DNA of 63,965 nucleotides, filler included, from Reticulomyxa filosa (GCA_000512085.1; 16 parts of 16 records of this genome joined end to end with filler, not necessarily neighbours in it), one strand, 5' to 3'. Numbered from the whole stretch's first letter, positions 13,936 through 28,055 are shown. A program made the numbers and translations. Notes: generated by a model not told the origin, from the letters alone.

Positions 13936-14937
13936 TTTAAAATTTTTTGAAGCCCCTTACGCCAAAATAAAGCTAATTTCAGTCGATTGGAATGCCACTT
14001 GACGTCAATCATGAGCATAGTTTCAGGGCTTGTTCTGAATCGAAGCGACGTCACGCACACCTGCCTTGTTTTCCAATGTATCGATTTCCATGTCCTGCTT
14101 ACTTTTTAGTGCGCGTCAAACTAAGAGTTTGAAAGTCTCAAATTAAGTTGGATTGAAAGTTAACTTTTAGCAACTGACTGTAATATTGAAGTGAGTCTCA
14201 AGAACCCAAAAAGACGCCAACAATTTTGACATAGATTTTTGTATTGCAAGTATTAAGTGTTTGTTCTTTTGTAGATTGGCATAAGCCGCATTTTTTTTCT
14301 GCCATTGGTACAAATATTTGTTTTATCCCCTTCTTTATGTCTCGTAAAGTGATTATGCTGTAATGTATGAACAACGAAAGCTTTTGTATTTGCGTTGTGA
14401 AATGTTTTGGGTATGTGATGTTGTTGTCATTATTTTGACACTTCTAAGGCACTGTTTATGATAAACAAAAAAAACACCAACCATAAAACGGTGGCGTTGA
14501 AAAAACGACGCTATATTGCAATTTATCAAACACACGCAAGAACTACACATCTAGTTTCATTGTCAGACAACACTCATACGATAGGAAAAAAACATTCAAT
14601 AACATTGCTCATACAACAATTCGATCACACCAATCCGAAGAAAACAACAAGACCACAACGACTCCGAGAACATATCCTCAGTAACTCACGGTGCTTTATT
14701 TGTGAGGTTTGAAATAAAAATTTCTGGAAGAAAAAAAAAAGAAAAAGACATAAATTAGGACGTTTGAAATGAAATTAATGACTTTAAAAAAACACGGCAA
14801 TAAAAATAACATAAAAATAAAAAAAACACACTCAAGCATTAATGACGAGGTGTTACATGAATAAAACAAAGCTGATCCCCTCCTTTATGAGGAGCGAGAT
14901 TACAAACAACAACAAAAAATTGCTAGTCTAAATTTCT

Positions 14938-16200
14938 TTATCCTGTTGACACAACATATCTCATTACTGCTCGCAAGCCATATATCAAAGATGCTTGTTT
15001 TTTTGCTTCAATGGCTAAAATTGCAATGTGAATTCGTTCATGATCTTCAAGTGGAATTCCCAGACGATCGATATCATGTAAAGTAACGCTTTGGGGATAG
15101 CACACAATTTTCTTCAAAAATCTTTTCAATTGTGGCCTCATTGAAATGTTCACCTATTTTTTTTCATGTCCCCCCCCCCCGCCCACATGTGCAACCAGAG
15201 TGTACAGCAAAGAGGAGGAAAAAAAAAAGGGATTGTTATTAGTCTGATGGTTTAAAATAGTCTAAACGTTTTTATAATCATAAGAATCATCATGAATACC
15301 ATAAAACGCCTGAACACAATTCCAAATCGCCAGATAAGTGCTTGATGAGGTTGGCTCTGAATACTTTCTGGTGGTAGTACTGTTTGCCATTGTCCATGCA
15401 GTGCTGAAACAACGGTCAATGTGATCGATGACAAAAGGACAAAATCTTTGTAACAAGGAATAAGCGTGATCCCTCCAGTTGAATGCCACGCGATTCAATT
15501 GTTCAAATTGATGAACATCAAAATCACAATGCACCATATCAATGTTATCCGTGTATTTACCAAAAATCAGACCGCCATGAGTGGGTATGTTCGTCATCGT
15601 TGTGTCTTTGGATGGTTTGTCTCCTCCGCTAGGAAGACAACCGATGCTGTGGCCAACATAGTTGCCATCCTTTTGGTTCAATTGACGACGATACTGCTTT
15701 TTCAAATGTTTGCGCATTCGCTTTTCCGAACGGTTCGCTGGTTTTCGCAAATTATCTAAACCTAGTTTATGGGACACCTTGCCATTTTTTGATTGAGCTT
15801 GAGTTTGTTCATTTGCTCCAGCAACAGAATTGGCTTGCGGTTCGTGATTGGTCTTCTTGGCAGAAACAGGATACGTTTCATTGGCATCATTGCTGGGCAC
15901 ATCTCTTGTCGATGGAAAATGCTTTTTTTTGGGTGGCGTTCGCGACCGTGATCGACTTGATGTTTTATTGGCGAAAAATATTTTTTGAACATATTTGGCT
16001 TTCTTTTTTTTCGCATCACTCGTATTACCTCTTTCTCGGCTTTGATCGCCACCAATCAATTTCTGTTCTGTTGCAATTCGTATTACACTTGGAGATTCGT
16101 TTGTGCAATCACTTTTTGCACAGTTCGACCTCAATTCTTTTGTTCCATCAAATTCCGAAGATTCTGAAGATAATCGTAATGAATGAAATTGTTTTGACAA
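14938..16200 (-). CDS. Hypothetical basic low-complexity protein with a possible C-terminal SAM-like segment
   Basis: A 312-aa ORF plus a downstream exon VTLHDIDRLGIPLEDHERIHIAI that resembles SAM helices 4-5. Confidence 0.55.
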
Positions 16201-16217
16201 TGCCTGTTTTTTTGTTT

Positions 16218-16250
<33 letters not shown>

Positions 16251-16371
16251 NNNNNNNNNNNNNNNNNNNNNNNNNNNNNNNNNNNNNNNNNNNNTTAATT
16301 AATTAANNNNNNNNNNNNNNNNNNNNNNNNNNNNNNNNNNNNNNNNNNNNTAAAAAAAAAAAAAAAAAAGA

Positions 16372-17272
16372 ACTGTTGCGAATGCCCAACAAATGAACGA
16401 GACACTCAAAAGTCAGTTGGAAGCATCCCAACAAAGTGAAAAAGTTGAGTGGATTAAAAAAATATATATTCATATATGTATATGTATATATAAATGCAAT
16501 GTTGCACTTTTTAAATTCAAAGATAAAATCCTAACGGATTTGTATGTTTGTGTGGCATGGGCAAAAGTCAATAATCGTAGAATTTCAAGCCCTCAACAAC
16601 ATCAAGTCGCAATACACGCAGGTACTCTACTCTCATTACTGCTCACGACGTCTCACTCCAAATATTATGCCACTCTTTTTCTGTCGTTCATTTTTGATGT
16701 TATCTTTCTTATTCTTACCACACGAACAAAATAATGGCAACAGTGTGGAGAAGCTTTGAAAGAGAAAAGCGATCAACTCGAAAACGAATTGTAAGTCATT
16801 GCAAACTTGCTTTTCTTCTTTGTTTTTTTGTCACAACAACAAAAAAAACTTTTTTTTTTTTTAAACTGATAAAATAAGAAAAAAGTTGGCCAAGTTACAA
16901 CGTGAAAATGATCAGGTATGATAATGATAACACGCTTACAAATAAGTTTTTTTATTTATTTGTTTTGATCCAATTTAAATAAAGAAGCCAGGTGTGTTGA
17001 TTTATATTTTTTTTCAGAAAACAAAAAGCTTGCAAGAAAAAGAGGAGACAATCGAGGCTCTGAAAATTGAACTCAACCAAACAAAAAAAAAACTCGAAGA
17101 ATCTAAAAAGAATCTCGATCCGGACGAACAAAAAATGGTTGAGTTTCCTTTTTCCCTATATGAGGCTTGTTTGTTCCTTTTAAACTTTTCAAAAATTACA
17201 CAGGACGAGGCATACCTTCGAGAGTGGCAAAACCCAACTGTCTTGATTGTTGAAAAACTAATGATGAGCTGA
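16372..17272 (+). CDS. Coiled-coil protein, 3' exons only
   Basis: Short heptad-rich exons (NETLKSQLEASQQ; KEKSDQLENE; KTKSLQEKEETIEALKIELNQTKKKLEE) separated by GT..AG introns. Confidence 0.6.
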
Positions 17273-18349
17273 TCCTCTGCTTTTTGAACTTTCGATGAGG
17301 CTTTTTTATTTTTTTAGATGAATCGTGATTCTTTTTAAATCTATGAAAAAAGTTTCAAATTAGCTTTCCAATAATTGTTTGACGAAATCACATTTCTCCA
17401 AACCATTAAATGAACTCACACAAAATTTTTTAATTTCTTAACATTATAAATCGAGCAACCAATACACGTAAAAAAAAAAAATCAAATTTAAAAAACCGTT
17501 CCAATCATAACATTTTTAACATAAAATTTAAATTATTTTTTATACAACTTGATGTTTCGGGAAAAAAGTGAAAAATATCAAACTCGGCGACAAAGCTTGA
17601 TTAGTTTCGGTAAGTTGCTTTCAAACAGTTTTTTTGGATGTTGTCATTTTATTCGCATCCGCTTCTTCTGTTTCCACAACTAAATTTTACAATTGATCAA
17701 TTTGATTTAATAAATGGATTTGATTAACTTTTGCAAGCTACTTTTTTAAAAAATGCGTATGTATGAAAAGAGAATAGTGAATGAAACAAAATATATGTCA
17801 AATGAACGGAATTGCAATTTTTTAATCTTCAAACTGACATATGCTCCAAAGTTAGTTATGAGAATTTGAATAACAAAAAGACACATTTAGGATATGGAAT
17901 ATTAAGAGTTCAAATGGATCATTTATTAAAATATAATGAACAAATGTGCATCATTGAGACCAAAAAATGTGATAATGCCGCTGGAATGAAAACAATCAGT
18001 CATATAGTCAACAAAGAGTGAATGTTATTTTAGCCGATGGTAAAAAGAGTTATCAAATCTCAAGATGAAAATCCTTTCAATCGACAGCGCAATTAATATA
18101 ATGTATTATTTTCTTAAATCAAATCGGCCAAACAATAGATTGTTTTGAATGCAGAAATGATAACTTTATTTTGATACAACAAAAAAAAAATTTTGTATCA
18201 ACAACTTTGTTATAAATAATAAAATATTTCTAAGTATTGTCGAAAAAAAATCTAAGTCACTTTCAACAACTTCGTGCATGGAATTTCTTCATCAATCCAG
18301 GAGTGTAAAGCTTCTTCTTTTAAACTTTGAAAATGACGAACAAAACGAA

Positions 18350-18680
18350 TGATGCAACATAAAAAAATAAAAAATCTGGAACTAGACCCTTTTTAAGAAA
18401 CTCTTCAATTCATCATAATTTTGTTTTTGTGTTTTTGGTTATTGAGTTATTTTATCAAATCAATTAAAATAATCATTTGACAACAAAATGCAAGCTTTTG
18501 TGTTTGTGAAAAATTACCAAAAAATATTTTATTAATTACATTAAGTGTAAACATCTTAAAATATTCAGGTTTATGCTCTTTTTTTCTTCGTTCTATCACT
18601 ATTACTTTTCATAATTTACAGAGCCAAAATGTTTGTAAAAAGGGTCTAGTTGTAGTTTTTAAATTTTTTTATTCATCATG
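18350..18680. repeat. Inverted repeat pair (MITE/foldback-like)
   Basis: AACTAGACCCTTTTTA (18380-18395) and TAAAAAGGGTCTAGTT (18636-18651) are perfect 16-bp reverse complements, with imperfect extension outward. Confidence 0.6.
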
Positions 18681-19219
18681 GTTTCAAGAAAAATGCCAAG
18701 ATCGATGTTACTTATCGTTAGTTAGATGTTTGCTGTTTGCAGACAAATCTTTCGTTTCAACTTGTCTGTTTTGTTTCATTTTGAAAGTTATTTCGCTTGT
18801 TATTTTTTTATTATGATTGGAAGATGATTAAAGTTTCGGGAATATGATTTATTATGATTACTTATTTTTCAGATTTGTTGCTGAAAAAACATTTCTAATA
18901 TAAATCAAGATTTAAAGTATTGATTTTTATATTGTGAAATTGTTTGCTTTGAACTGTCCCCGAAACTTTAAAAGACTGTTTGTTCAGCAATAAAAATAGT
19001 TGGAGATTTCTTTATGAGTTAAATATTTCTTTGTTATACTTTACTTATCTTTAAAACTAGTTTAATTTACATTATTGCTTTGCCAACTTTTTACAATATT
19101 GGGGAATAAACCTTTAGTTGTTCGTGAAGCGAATGGACTTAGTGTAATAGCTTTGTGTATTTTTGACTTATGAACCCTAATTTTATAATAACTAATCTTT
19201 GTAAACATAAATAAACAGT

Positions 19220-20116
19220 GTAGCCAAGAGGTCACTTTCATTTTAAATTTTTGGATTCGATCTTCGTGTATTCAAAATAAATGGGTCACCGATTTAAATA
19301 AAATGATTATACCATATGTTTTGTATATTTTTTATGTGTATGTACATCGTGTATTCAAATAAAATACAATCAAATAAATAGGCCAAATATTTCAAACAAC
19401 TTCCATTCTCTTATCATTATCCTGGAGGTATTGTTAATGTAAAATTTACCAGAGATAAAAAACAAATAGTTGCATATTTTAGAAATTTTTTGACTGGAGT
19501 ATTTGATAATAAATTAAGAAAAATTAAATTCTCACAAGAGCCTTATTCATACGAAGGTGAACAATTAACTTATGCTATTTCTGATCCTGATAAAGCATTT
19601 GATTTGTGGCATGATATGGAGTTTGGAGTAGGAACTGAAGTTTCAGAAGCAACCTTATATTATTTAAATAATGTGGAATTCTCACATGATCGTCAATTTA
19701 TTATGGCCGCAATTGGTTATACGATTGGAATATGGAATATAAAAACAAGGGAAATAATAAAGAGAATTTCAGTGTATGGTGGTACATTATGCCATTCACA
19801 TTTATCTCCAGATGATAAATTTGTTAATTCGAGTTTTTATAACAATGAAATGCAAATATGGGATGTGACATCAGGACAACAAGTACAACTTCTGAAAGGA
19901 CATTCAAATATAATTACCGATTTAGCATATTTTCCAAACGGCCAAACGATTGCTACATGTTCATATGACAAAACTATTCAAGTGTGGGATATGCAAACAG
20001 GAAGAGAACTCCAAAGATTAGTTCATTCAAATTGTGTAACAGGAATAGATATTTCATCCGATGGTCAAACTATTGTATCATGTGACAAAGATGGAAGAAT
20101 TCAACTGTGGGAATAA
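19220..20116 (+). CDS. WD40-repeat protein (lineage-expanded family)
   Basis: GH..WD repeats (LKGHSNIITDLAYFPNGQTIATCSYDKTIQVWD). An upstream exon ILNFWIRSSCIQNKWVTDLNKMII matches the family leader also seen at about 59550-59640. Start approximate. Confidence 0.85.
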
Positions 20117-20659
20117 ATACAAGATATTAAGGACAGCTGCTATTATCATTATCATTTTTTCTTTTCTTTTTTTGGGATGAGTATTTTTAGATTATTGGTT
20201 TATTAAACTAGTTAGTAAACTTAATATTTTTTTCATTTTTTCCTCGTTTTTATAAGCGCTCACAATTTAAAGAAAACAGAATAAAAAGATTATTGAATAC
20301 TTTATTTTGTAATAAAGCAACTTTTTAAGCTTAATTTGAATTCAAAACTTTTTGGACTGTTTTAAAAAGATTAGAACAAAACAAAGCAACAGAAAACTCG
20401 GAAATACTTTCAAATTCTGTCTTTGATTCAGAATGTTTACGTTCAGTGTTGTGTATCATTTAAATATGATTGCATTACTTGTGTCAAAATTTGCGAACAA
20501 ATCCGTTAAACAAATATTTAAAATGCAGTTGAAAATTGTTGAGTGAAAAGTAAGAATGCATGATTTTGAGAAAATATAACCTGACGAGAAACCAACCACT
20601 GATGAGAACCATCACATTTCTCAAAAAGTTTTTGTGTGCAAAGTTGAGAAATAAAACAA

Positions 20660-21612
20660 CTACTTTTTTTCAACTTTTACGCTGTACTTGTCCAAAGGAT
20701 TTTGAACAAGTTTTGTTGGAGCCCATAAATCAGGAGAAAGAATTTTGTACGTTTTTCGTAAAGCAAGAAAACAAGCAGTGATGAAGTTTCCGGTGGTACG
20801 AGTTTGACCCCTGGATTTGCAATACACATCCTCAATACCTGCCATGTTCAACATTTTCTTGGTAACTGCAGCAGCCACTAAACCAGTTCCACGAGGAGCA
20901 GGGATGAGACGCACACGAGCAGAACCACATTTTCCTGTAACTTTGCATGGTACAGTGTGAGGTTCTCCTAATTTAGAGCCCCAATATCCTTTGCGCACTG
21001 GCACAATTGATAGTTTGGCCAAAGTGTGGGCCCCGCGAATTGCGATGCCTACTTCTGCAGCGCATTTTTGGCCAAGTCCAACGTGGCCTTTGAAATCTCC
21101 AATCGCGACCCATGTCTTAAAGCGTGTTCTTTGACCAGCGGCTGTTTGTTTTTGCACTGGTTTAATTTTCATAATTTCATCTTTCAAAGGATTGGTTTCT
21201 GTTTCACAATTTATTTTTTTATTTTTTTATTTTTTAACGCATTTTCGAATTTTCCCCTTTTTTTACAACAAAAAAAATGCAAACCTTTTGGAAAGTAACG
21301 ATCAACAATTTCAGGTTCTTTTATTTTAATGGAATGTTGAAAGATGGATTCCATTGTTGGAAATTTTCCCTCTTTGACCAATCTTCCCAATTTGGTGATG
21401 GGTTTCCATTCTTCTTCTTTTTCTCCAAAGCCTCCTCGGCCACCTCCTCGGCCGCCTCCTCTGCCTCCTCGACCGCCACGTTCTCCACCCCGTCCACGAC
21501 CGCGACCACGGCCACGACCTCGTCCGCGAGGACCACTTTCTCTGTCGCCAGCATCACCTCCGCCACGGCCACGGCGAAATCCTCTTCCAAAACCACCTCC
21601 TCTCTCTGCCAT
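20660..21612 (-). CDS. RPS2: 40S ribosomal protein S2 (uS5), one intron 21199-21284
   Basis: RGG-rich N-terminus, [45 protein letters not shown]. The intron splices in frame ([13 protein letters not shown]). Confidence 0.98.
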
Positions 21613-23897
21613 TTTTTTTTATTGCAATGGACTTGGTTCAATTGCACCAAGAAAACAGAGTTTTTGTTGAATGAGCGATTTTGATGAATTTGAACTTTTT
21701 TTGGGAACTGGACCTCAACGTTTTGTCTGTGTGAATATTTCTTTCTTGAAGCTGTTTTTGCTCATTTAAAGTGCTTCACATTAGCTCAAAACACAGTCTC
21801 AACGTACTGCAAGTTTTAGGTGCATTTTGGATGCCTATTGACAATTCTGGTACTGTTTCCTTTCGAAGTTCGTATTTCCTTGCATTGGAGAGTTGTCAGT
21901 TTCATGTCTAAGTAAAATTTAATCAAATAAATGATTGGAAAAAAAAGCAAATAAACATGAAAACACAATAGACCAGAAGAATATTCGGAAGATGAGAGCT
22001 TTTTGACTGATTTTTTTTTTTTTTTNNNNNNNNNNNNNNNNNNNNNNNNNNNNNNNNNNNNNNNNNNNNTTAATTAATTAANNNNNNNNNNNNNNNNNNN
22101 NNNNNNNNNNNNNNNNNNNNNNNNNTATATAAAAAAAATTTTTCAACTAGTAAAAATTTTTTTATCTAACATAAAAAATGTTTATACTAGTTGAAACTTT
22201 CAAGATATCTGAGATTGCGATTTTGCGCAAGATCAAAGATTTACAAGATACCCAACGAAACAGCCGAAAAGGGCTTTCGAAACATAATGCAATTCACAAA
22301 ATTGAACCACTTTTCTATTAAATGAGCCACAGGGAAGAGGCTAGAATATGAGGTATCCCTCTCTTCGTTCTGCTTCACACCTCTTTCTTCTTAAGGATAA
22401 TAAAAAAAAACTTTTTTCTTATTACAATTTTACCCCAAAAAAACTGACTCAAACAAAAAAAAAAAATTGAAATTTAAAAAGTTGCAGGTGCTTGGTCTTT
22501 GATGAGATAGGGGCTTTGATTTTTTTTTTTGAAGCTATTAGCAAATTGAATAAGTTGGACAACACATTCTTGTTCTTTAATCCAATGAACTTAATCCTCA
22601 CTTTTTGTTATCAACATCCATCTTGTTCTGCTGCTTTGTCGTTCCATAATCTTGGGAATTCGATAGCCTGGAATTTGAAATATCTCCAATGCCACCATGC
22701 ATACCAGCAGCAAATGGCATTGTTCGGAAGTGTAGTTGTTATCAGCAAGTAGAAGTTACCCAACCCTCGGAGTTCTGCCAATCTGGTATTTACCTCGAAG
22801 TTTGTCAATTTTCCGAACACCCTTAAGGTTGTCTGTTGCCAGTAAAGGAGTTACTATCTCAATTACCAGGAGTTTGCACTTCGGTACACTTAAATCAATA
22901 TACGCGGTAAATTAAAGCACTCCACCTATCACAGTCGATATATCTGCTTGTTCTAAGTTTATTTGAAGTGATATCGAGATAATCTTGGATGATCTTGTTG
23001 ATTCGACGTAATATTTGCTTGTACAGCTGAAAGAGTTGCGTTTCTTTAAAAGTTAGGGAAAAAGGAGCTTAGTCAAGGAGTTTTTTTTAACTGACACTAA
23101 ACATTAAGTTTCAAAATTTTTTAAGCTCTCCTTGCATTGATTAACTGTATTGACAATAGCTTTTTGGTTTGATCAATAATTATTCCATTACCTAACTCGA
23201 ATCCTTGCACTCATTTTGTCTAGTGCATATATTTGATGAGGACAATCAAAATATGCCTCTTTTACATGATGCTTTGAGTGCTTTCTGTCACTTGCTAGTG
23301 CTCCCAGTTTCACATGACACCCTGACAAAATCAAAAATTTGTTCGAGATACTGAAAGACAAATCATGGTCAATACACAATTTTAGAAAAGTCAATTACTA
23401 TATGAAATTTGGTGTCAACAAAAGTATTGAAACATCAAAATGGTACATTCCGAAAACAATAGATTTGATTGAAACACTTAAAATTTGTTTTTTTGAAAAA
23501 CTGTATTGCTGTTGCAATAAGACTTTATCCCCAAATACGAATGCGACATTCTTTGCATCCTTTTTCTTTTTCAATCCAATAAATTTAAGACAACATATTC
23601 CATTATCTGCTATCTTATCTCCTTTGATCATATACAATTCATTCTCAACACATGATGAAAATTTTACACAATATACTTCAGANNNNNNNNNNNNNNNNNN
23701 NNNNNNNNNNNNNNNNNNNNNNNNNNTTAATTAATTAANNNNNNNNNNNNNNNNNNNNNNNNNNNNNNNNNNNNNNNNNNNNACGTTCTTTTTGAGTACA
23801 CATACATCTCTGAGGAAGGAAGGGGGGGGGGGGTATTTTATTTTATTTTATTTTTAAAAAAAGGACAAAATGGAAATCAAATTCCCCTAAACGAATT

Positions 23898-25896
23898 AGT
23901 AATAGTGAACAATTATGGCAAAGGACATGTGAGATTTGTCGGACAAACAATGTTTGACGACACAGGGATATGGTATGGGATCGAGTTGATTGATAGAGGG
24001 GATAAGACAGTGAAAGGCAATAGCAATGGTTCCATTGACAACGTGGTGTATTTCAAATGCGATCCTCACTGTGGTGTATTTGTACGTTTGAATCAACTCA
24101 AGGTTATTGAATCCAACGGTATCGTTGTATGTAGTACACGTTTTGAAGCCTAAAAAAAAAAAAAACTTTGATCATGTCCCTTCATATGATCAATAATAAT
24201 AATAATAATAATGATACACGCATATATAAGTATAAAAAATATAAATAAATAAATAAATATATAAGTATATATATGTACATATATATACATATATATATAT
24301 ATATATACATATATAATATAAAAAGAGGATAGAACATTGGGAGAATCGATAATTCGTACTTTTTCGAGTACGAACATGCTGAAGAAAAAGAAGAAGAAGA
24401 AACTGTCGGACTCAAATCCTCTCAACAAAAATACGCTGAAAAGCACAGCGAACGACGAGGAAAGTGAGTTTCAAATAACGATGAAAAGCCCAATGACATT
24501 GGCGAATCCCTTTGCGAAGCCGACCACACCTGGCACATCTCGCCAGAGTAAGCGCCACAGCATGGGGACCACACCAACGTCGTCTCCTTCGTCTCCGCTC
24601 TTCAACTCCAAGGACAAAGGCAAGGACAAGAACAAAAGCAAGGAGAAGCTGAAGACGAGAGTGAGAGAAGAAGAAGAAGAAGACAGAAAAGAGAAAGAAA
24701 GGGAAAGAGCAAAAACGAGAGTGAAAGACCAAACAAAAAATGATGAGAGAGCTCGAACAAAAACCGAACATCGACCAAGACGTCACAGAGATCGAACCAA
24801 AGAAAACAACAAAGACAAAGACAAAGACAAAGACAAAGACAGAGATTCAAAAACACAACACAAAGACGAGGATCGAACTCTGATCAGACAAGACATGCGT
24901 TTGTCAAAGGTGAAACCGCACTTACGTCCGACCACCCAGCGAAGCAACAGCAATACTCCTATGTCCTACATGTCCAAGAAGCCACTTCAACCTCTTTATA
25001 TGCATACTGAGCAGGATTCGTACTGCTCCAGTGCCGAGGAGGAAGAGGACGAAGAGGAAGAAGAGGAAGAAGAGGAAGACCATCAGAACGAATACGGAGA
25101 GCAAAGAGAAATAAACGGGTCGGCAAATGTCTCCTTTCCTGAGACATCGAAACACAAACACCACAAAAGTGACAGTGTTATTATTGCGCCGGGGACTGTC
25201 TTGGCTCTCGATGTACATTCGGATGCGGACGATGATGATCCAGATGAGGATGGAAATTACAATTTCCATGAAAACTATGACCCTAACGACAATACCTCCA
25301 ATGAGTTTCCTGATGAACATGACAATGAAAATGAAAATGACAATGATAATGATAATGGCAATAACAATGACAATGAAAACGACAATAACAATAACAATAA
25401 CAATGATAATGATAATAATGACAATGACAATGAAAATGAAGAAGAAGAAGAAAATCGAGATAGACATGAAGTAACTCATAATGGCAAAGAAAAAGACAAG
25501 GGACATACGCATGCAAATACAAATGCAAATGCAAATGCAAATGCAAATACAAATGCAAATGAAAGCAATAGCAGAACAGACACACTCAAAAAGCATGGAC
25601 AAAAAACAGACCCGAAAATCAAAGATGACAAAAGAAACACAAAGCAATTGGACAACAAGAGTAAAATAACGCCAAGGACGTTGAAGAGTCGATCGGTGCA
25701 AATCCAAGACGACTACGAAAAGGGTGTCTCCAAAACGACAAAAAAGCCCAATGTGACGAAGACAACGGCAACCACGACCACGGCCAAGACAACAATAAAA
25801 GCGAAAGCAAAGCCAGCAAAGACAACGACAACAGCGAATGAAAACGATATAATAAAAGAGAAAAAAAAGTTCCAGCCAAGACAATACCCATCAAGA

Positions 25897-25957
<61 letters not shown>

Positions 25958-26470
25958 TAACAAAGCCCTCACAAACACAGAGCAAGGTGAAACTGGCCAC
26001 TCCTCGTTCCAATAAGCGGAGTAGCGTCAATATTTCGCCGAAGCCGCAAGCACAACGCAAGAAACCCTCGCCAAACTCGGCCACATTGCTGAAGCCAAAG
26101 CCCATATCCTCATCGACATCAGCGTTGACATCAACCTCCGCGTCGACCTCGACCTCGACCTCGACCTCGACCTCGGCTTCAACTTCGGCGGCTTCAGCTT
26201 CAGCTTCGGTGCCCGCTTCAGCTCCCACAGCCATTGTCTCCACCTCTTCTACTGTATCGGTTGCGTCCACTGCGTCCACCACTTCTTCTGGTCGTGACAA
26301 AGACGAAAACAAAAATGACAGCAAGACCCCCGTTCATGTCAAAATTTCTCGCACTGATTTGGCCAAAGAAGCATCCGACAGTGACTTTCTGGATGGTAGT
26401 CCACAAATGGCAATATATTTGTACTTATTTGTTTATTTCATGAAGAAAAAAGAAAAAGAAAGAAGACAAA
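23898..26470 (+). CDS. CAP-Gly domain protein with a long acidic/Asn-rich/Ser-Thr low-complexity tail; partial
   Basis: GHVRFVGQTMF..GIWYGIEL..GNSNGSIDNVVYFKC..HCGVFVR. An intron of about 200 nt precedes the 729-aa ORF. Confidence 0.85.
25898..25957 (+). repeat. (AAT)n microsatellite encoding poly-Asn
   Basis: About 20 tandem AAT units inside the CAP-Gly gene tail. Similar GAC/AAT/GCA microsatellites occur at 5540-5603, 25320-25440 and 62470-62580. Confidence 0.95.
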
Positions 26471-27677
26471 NNNNNNNNNNNNNNNNNNNNNNNNNNNNNN
26501 NNNNNNNNNNNNNNTTAATTAATTAANNNNNNNNNNNNNNNNNNNNNNNNNNNNNNNNNNNNNNNNNNNNTCACTTGGGCAAAAATCACGCACATTCCGC
26601 TTTCTTTCACAAGGAAGGATTTTGATGTTAAGTCGCGAATATTGCACATATCAAAAATACGCTTAGTTTTGTTGTCGAGCAAACAATACCAATTAGTTTA
26701 CTTTTCCTTACAAATTAAAGTTTACTCTGTGCCCAACAAACTCAGAAAGAGAAGAAAAAAATGTTTAACGAAACGTCCCAGTACTGAAAAATACACATTC
26801 ACAAAACTAAAAAATGGAATTATTCTTGATTCAATAGATTTGATAAAAATATTGAATGCAAAGTAATCATTTAGTGACTTTGCGAAGACAGAACTGTATG
26901 GAAAAAATGTCATAATCAATATTATTTAAATATAATACATATAAGATGCAAACAAATGAAATATCAAACACAAATAGATCTTGGGAAGAGCTCAAATAAA
27001 TGGATCAAAGACGTGTTTGGTGTTTGGTATTTGATTGGAGATATTTTTCTTAACGTCGCAAGCTTTTTTTTTCTTGGGCTTGTGTTTGAGTCGGTTCATT
27101 AGTCACTTTTTTTGTCACTTTAAGACTCCAAAAATGTAAGTATTTTGCATTTGCTGTTAACTCCTTAGGGTGACTTAAGACGAATGTTTGATTTTTTCTG
27201 AAAGCATTTGCCATATTAATATATAGTGCAATACGAACATCAGGTGATTTCATGCAAGCAAAAAACTATTGATTGCACTAAGTCGAAAAAACAACAGCTG
27301 GTGTTATTTGTTTCGAAAAATTCATACACATTACGAATAACCAGGTTTTTGGCTTTGTCTTCATAAACAAAACAAAGTAATTAGATTTTTTGAGAAAATT
27401 GGAAAAAGTTTATATCAATGGCAGGTTTCAAAATTGTGTATTCATAGAGAATGGATATTACTTGTTAATGACAATTTTAGGTGTTGCAAGAGTTTTGTGT
27501 CCTATGTAGCAATTGCTAGCAGAGACAAACTTATTTCGATTTTAATACATTGACTTTCCTTACTCAACACTATGCCATAAATTCTGACTGTAAATTTTGA
27601 ACGCAAGGGAAATCTCTCAGACTAAAAACAGGACAAACAACAGTAGCCTCACTCGAAAGTGTACATTATATCAAAAT

Positions 27678-28055
27678 ATGGCGACAGAAAGTAATTTCAA
27701 AGATTGGTTAATACAAAAAGGCTTTAAGAACTATGCAGAATCAATTATCCAAAACGGAGGGATAACCGATTTAGAGGGTTTAAAGGCGGATTTTGATGAA
27801 ATTTGTGGTATGTTGTCGTTAAACGAGCCAGAGAAAAATTCATTCAAAATTGTTGTTTTCGCAACAAACACAAATGTCCTCTCTGTAATGCAAGTTCAGT
27901 TTTTTAAATTTGTTTTCTCTCTTACTCAATCTGTTTTTTTGTACATCCTTTTTTAACTCTTGGCTTCGTCTTTCTACCACGACACATTTTGTAGTGTTTG
28001 CTGTTACCCACAGCAGTTTTGTGAAGAGCATAGCATTGCCGAGTTCAAAGACGCG
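27678..28055 (+). CDS. Protein with an N-terminal SAM-like domain, 3'-truncated
   Basis: MATESNFKDWLIQKGFKNYAESIIQNGGITDLEGL matches the SAM pattern W L..G...Y...F...GI. Confidence 0.45.

Noticed and set aside
21277-21684. Pro/Arg-rich and Ser/Thr-rich ORFs opposite RPS2
   Set aside because: They are antisense shadows of the GC-rich RGG region.
22600-23400. Coding-like minus-strand fragments
   Set aside because: No sustained frame or recognisable motif.
24412-26443. Many long antisense and alternate-frame ORFs (poly-I/C/Y/L)
   Set aside because: They are shadows of trinucleotide and hexanucleotide microsatellites in the CAP-Gly gene.
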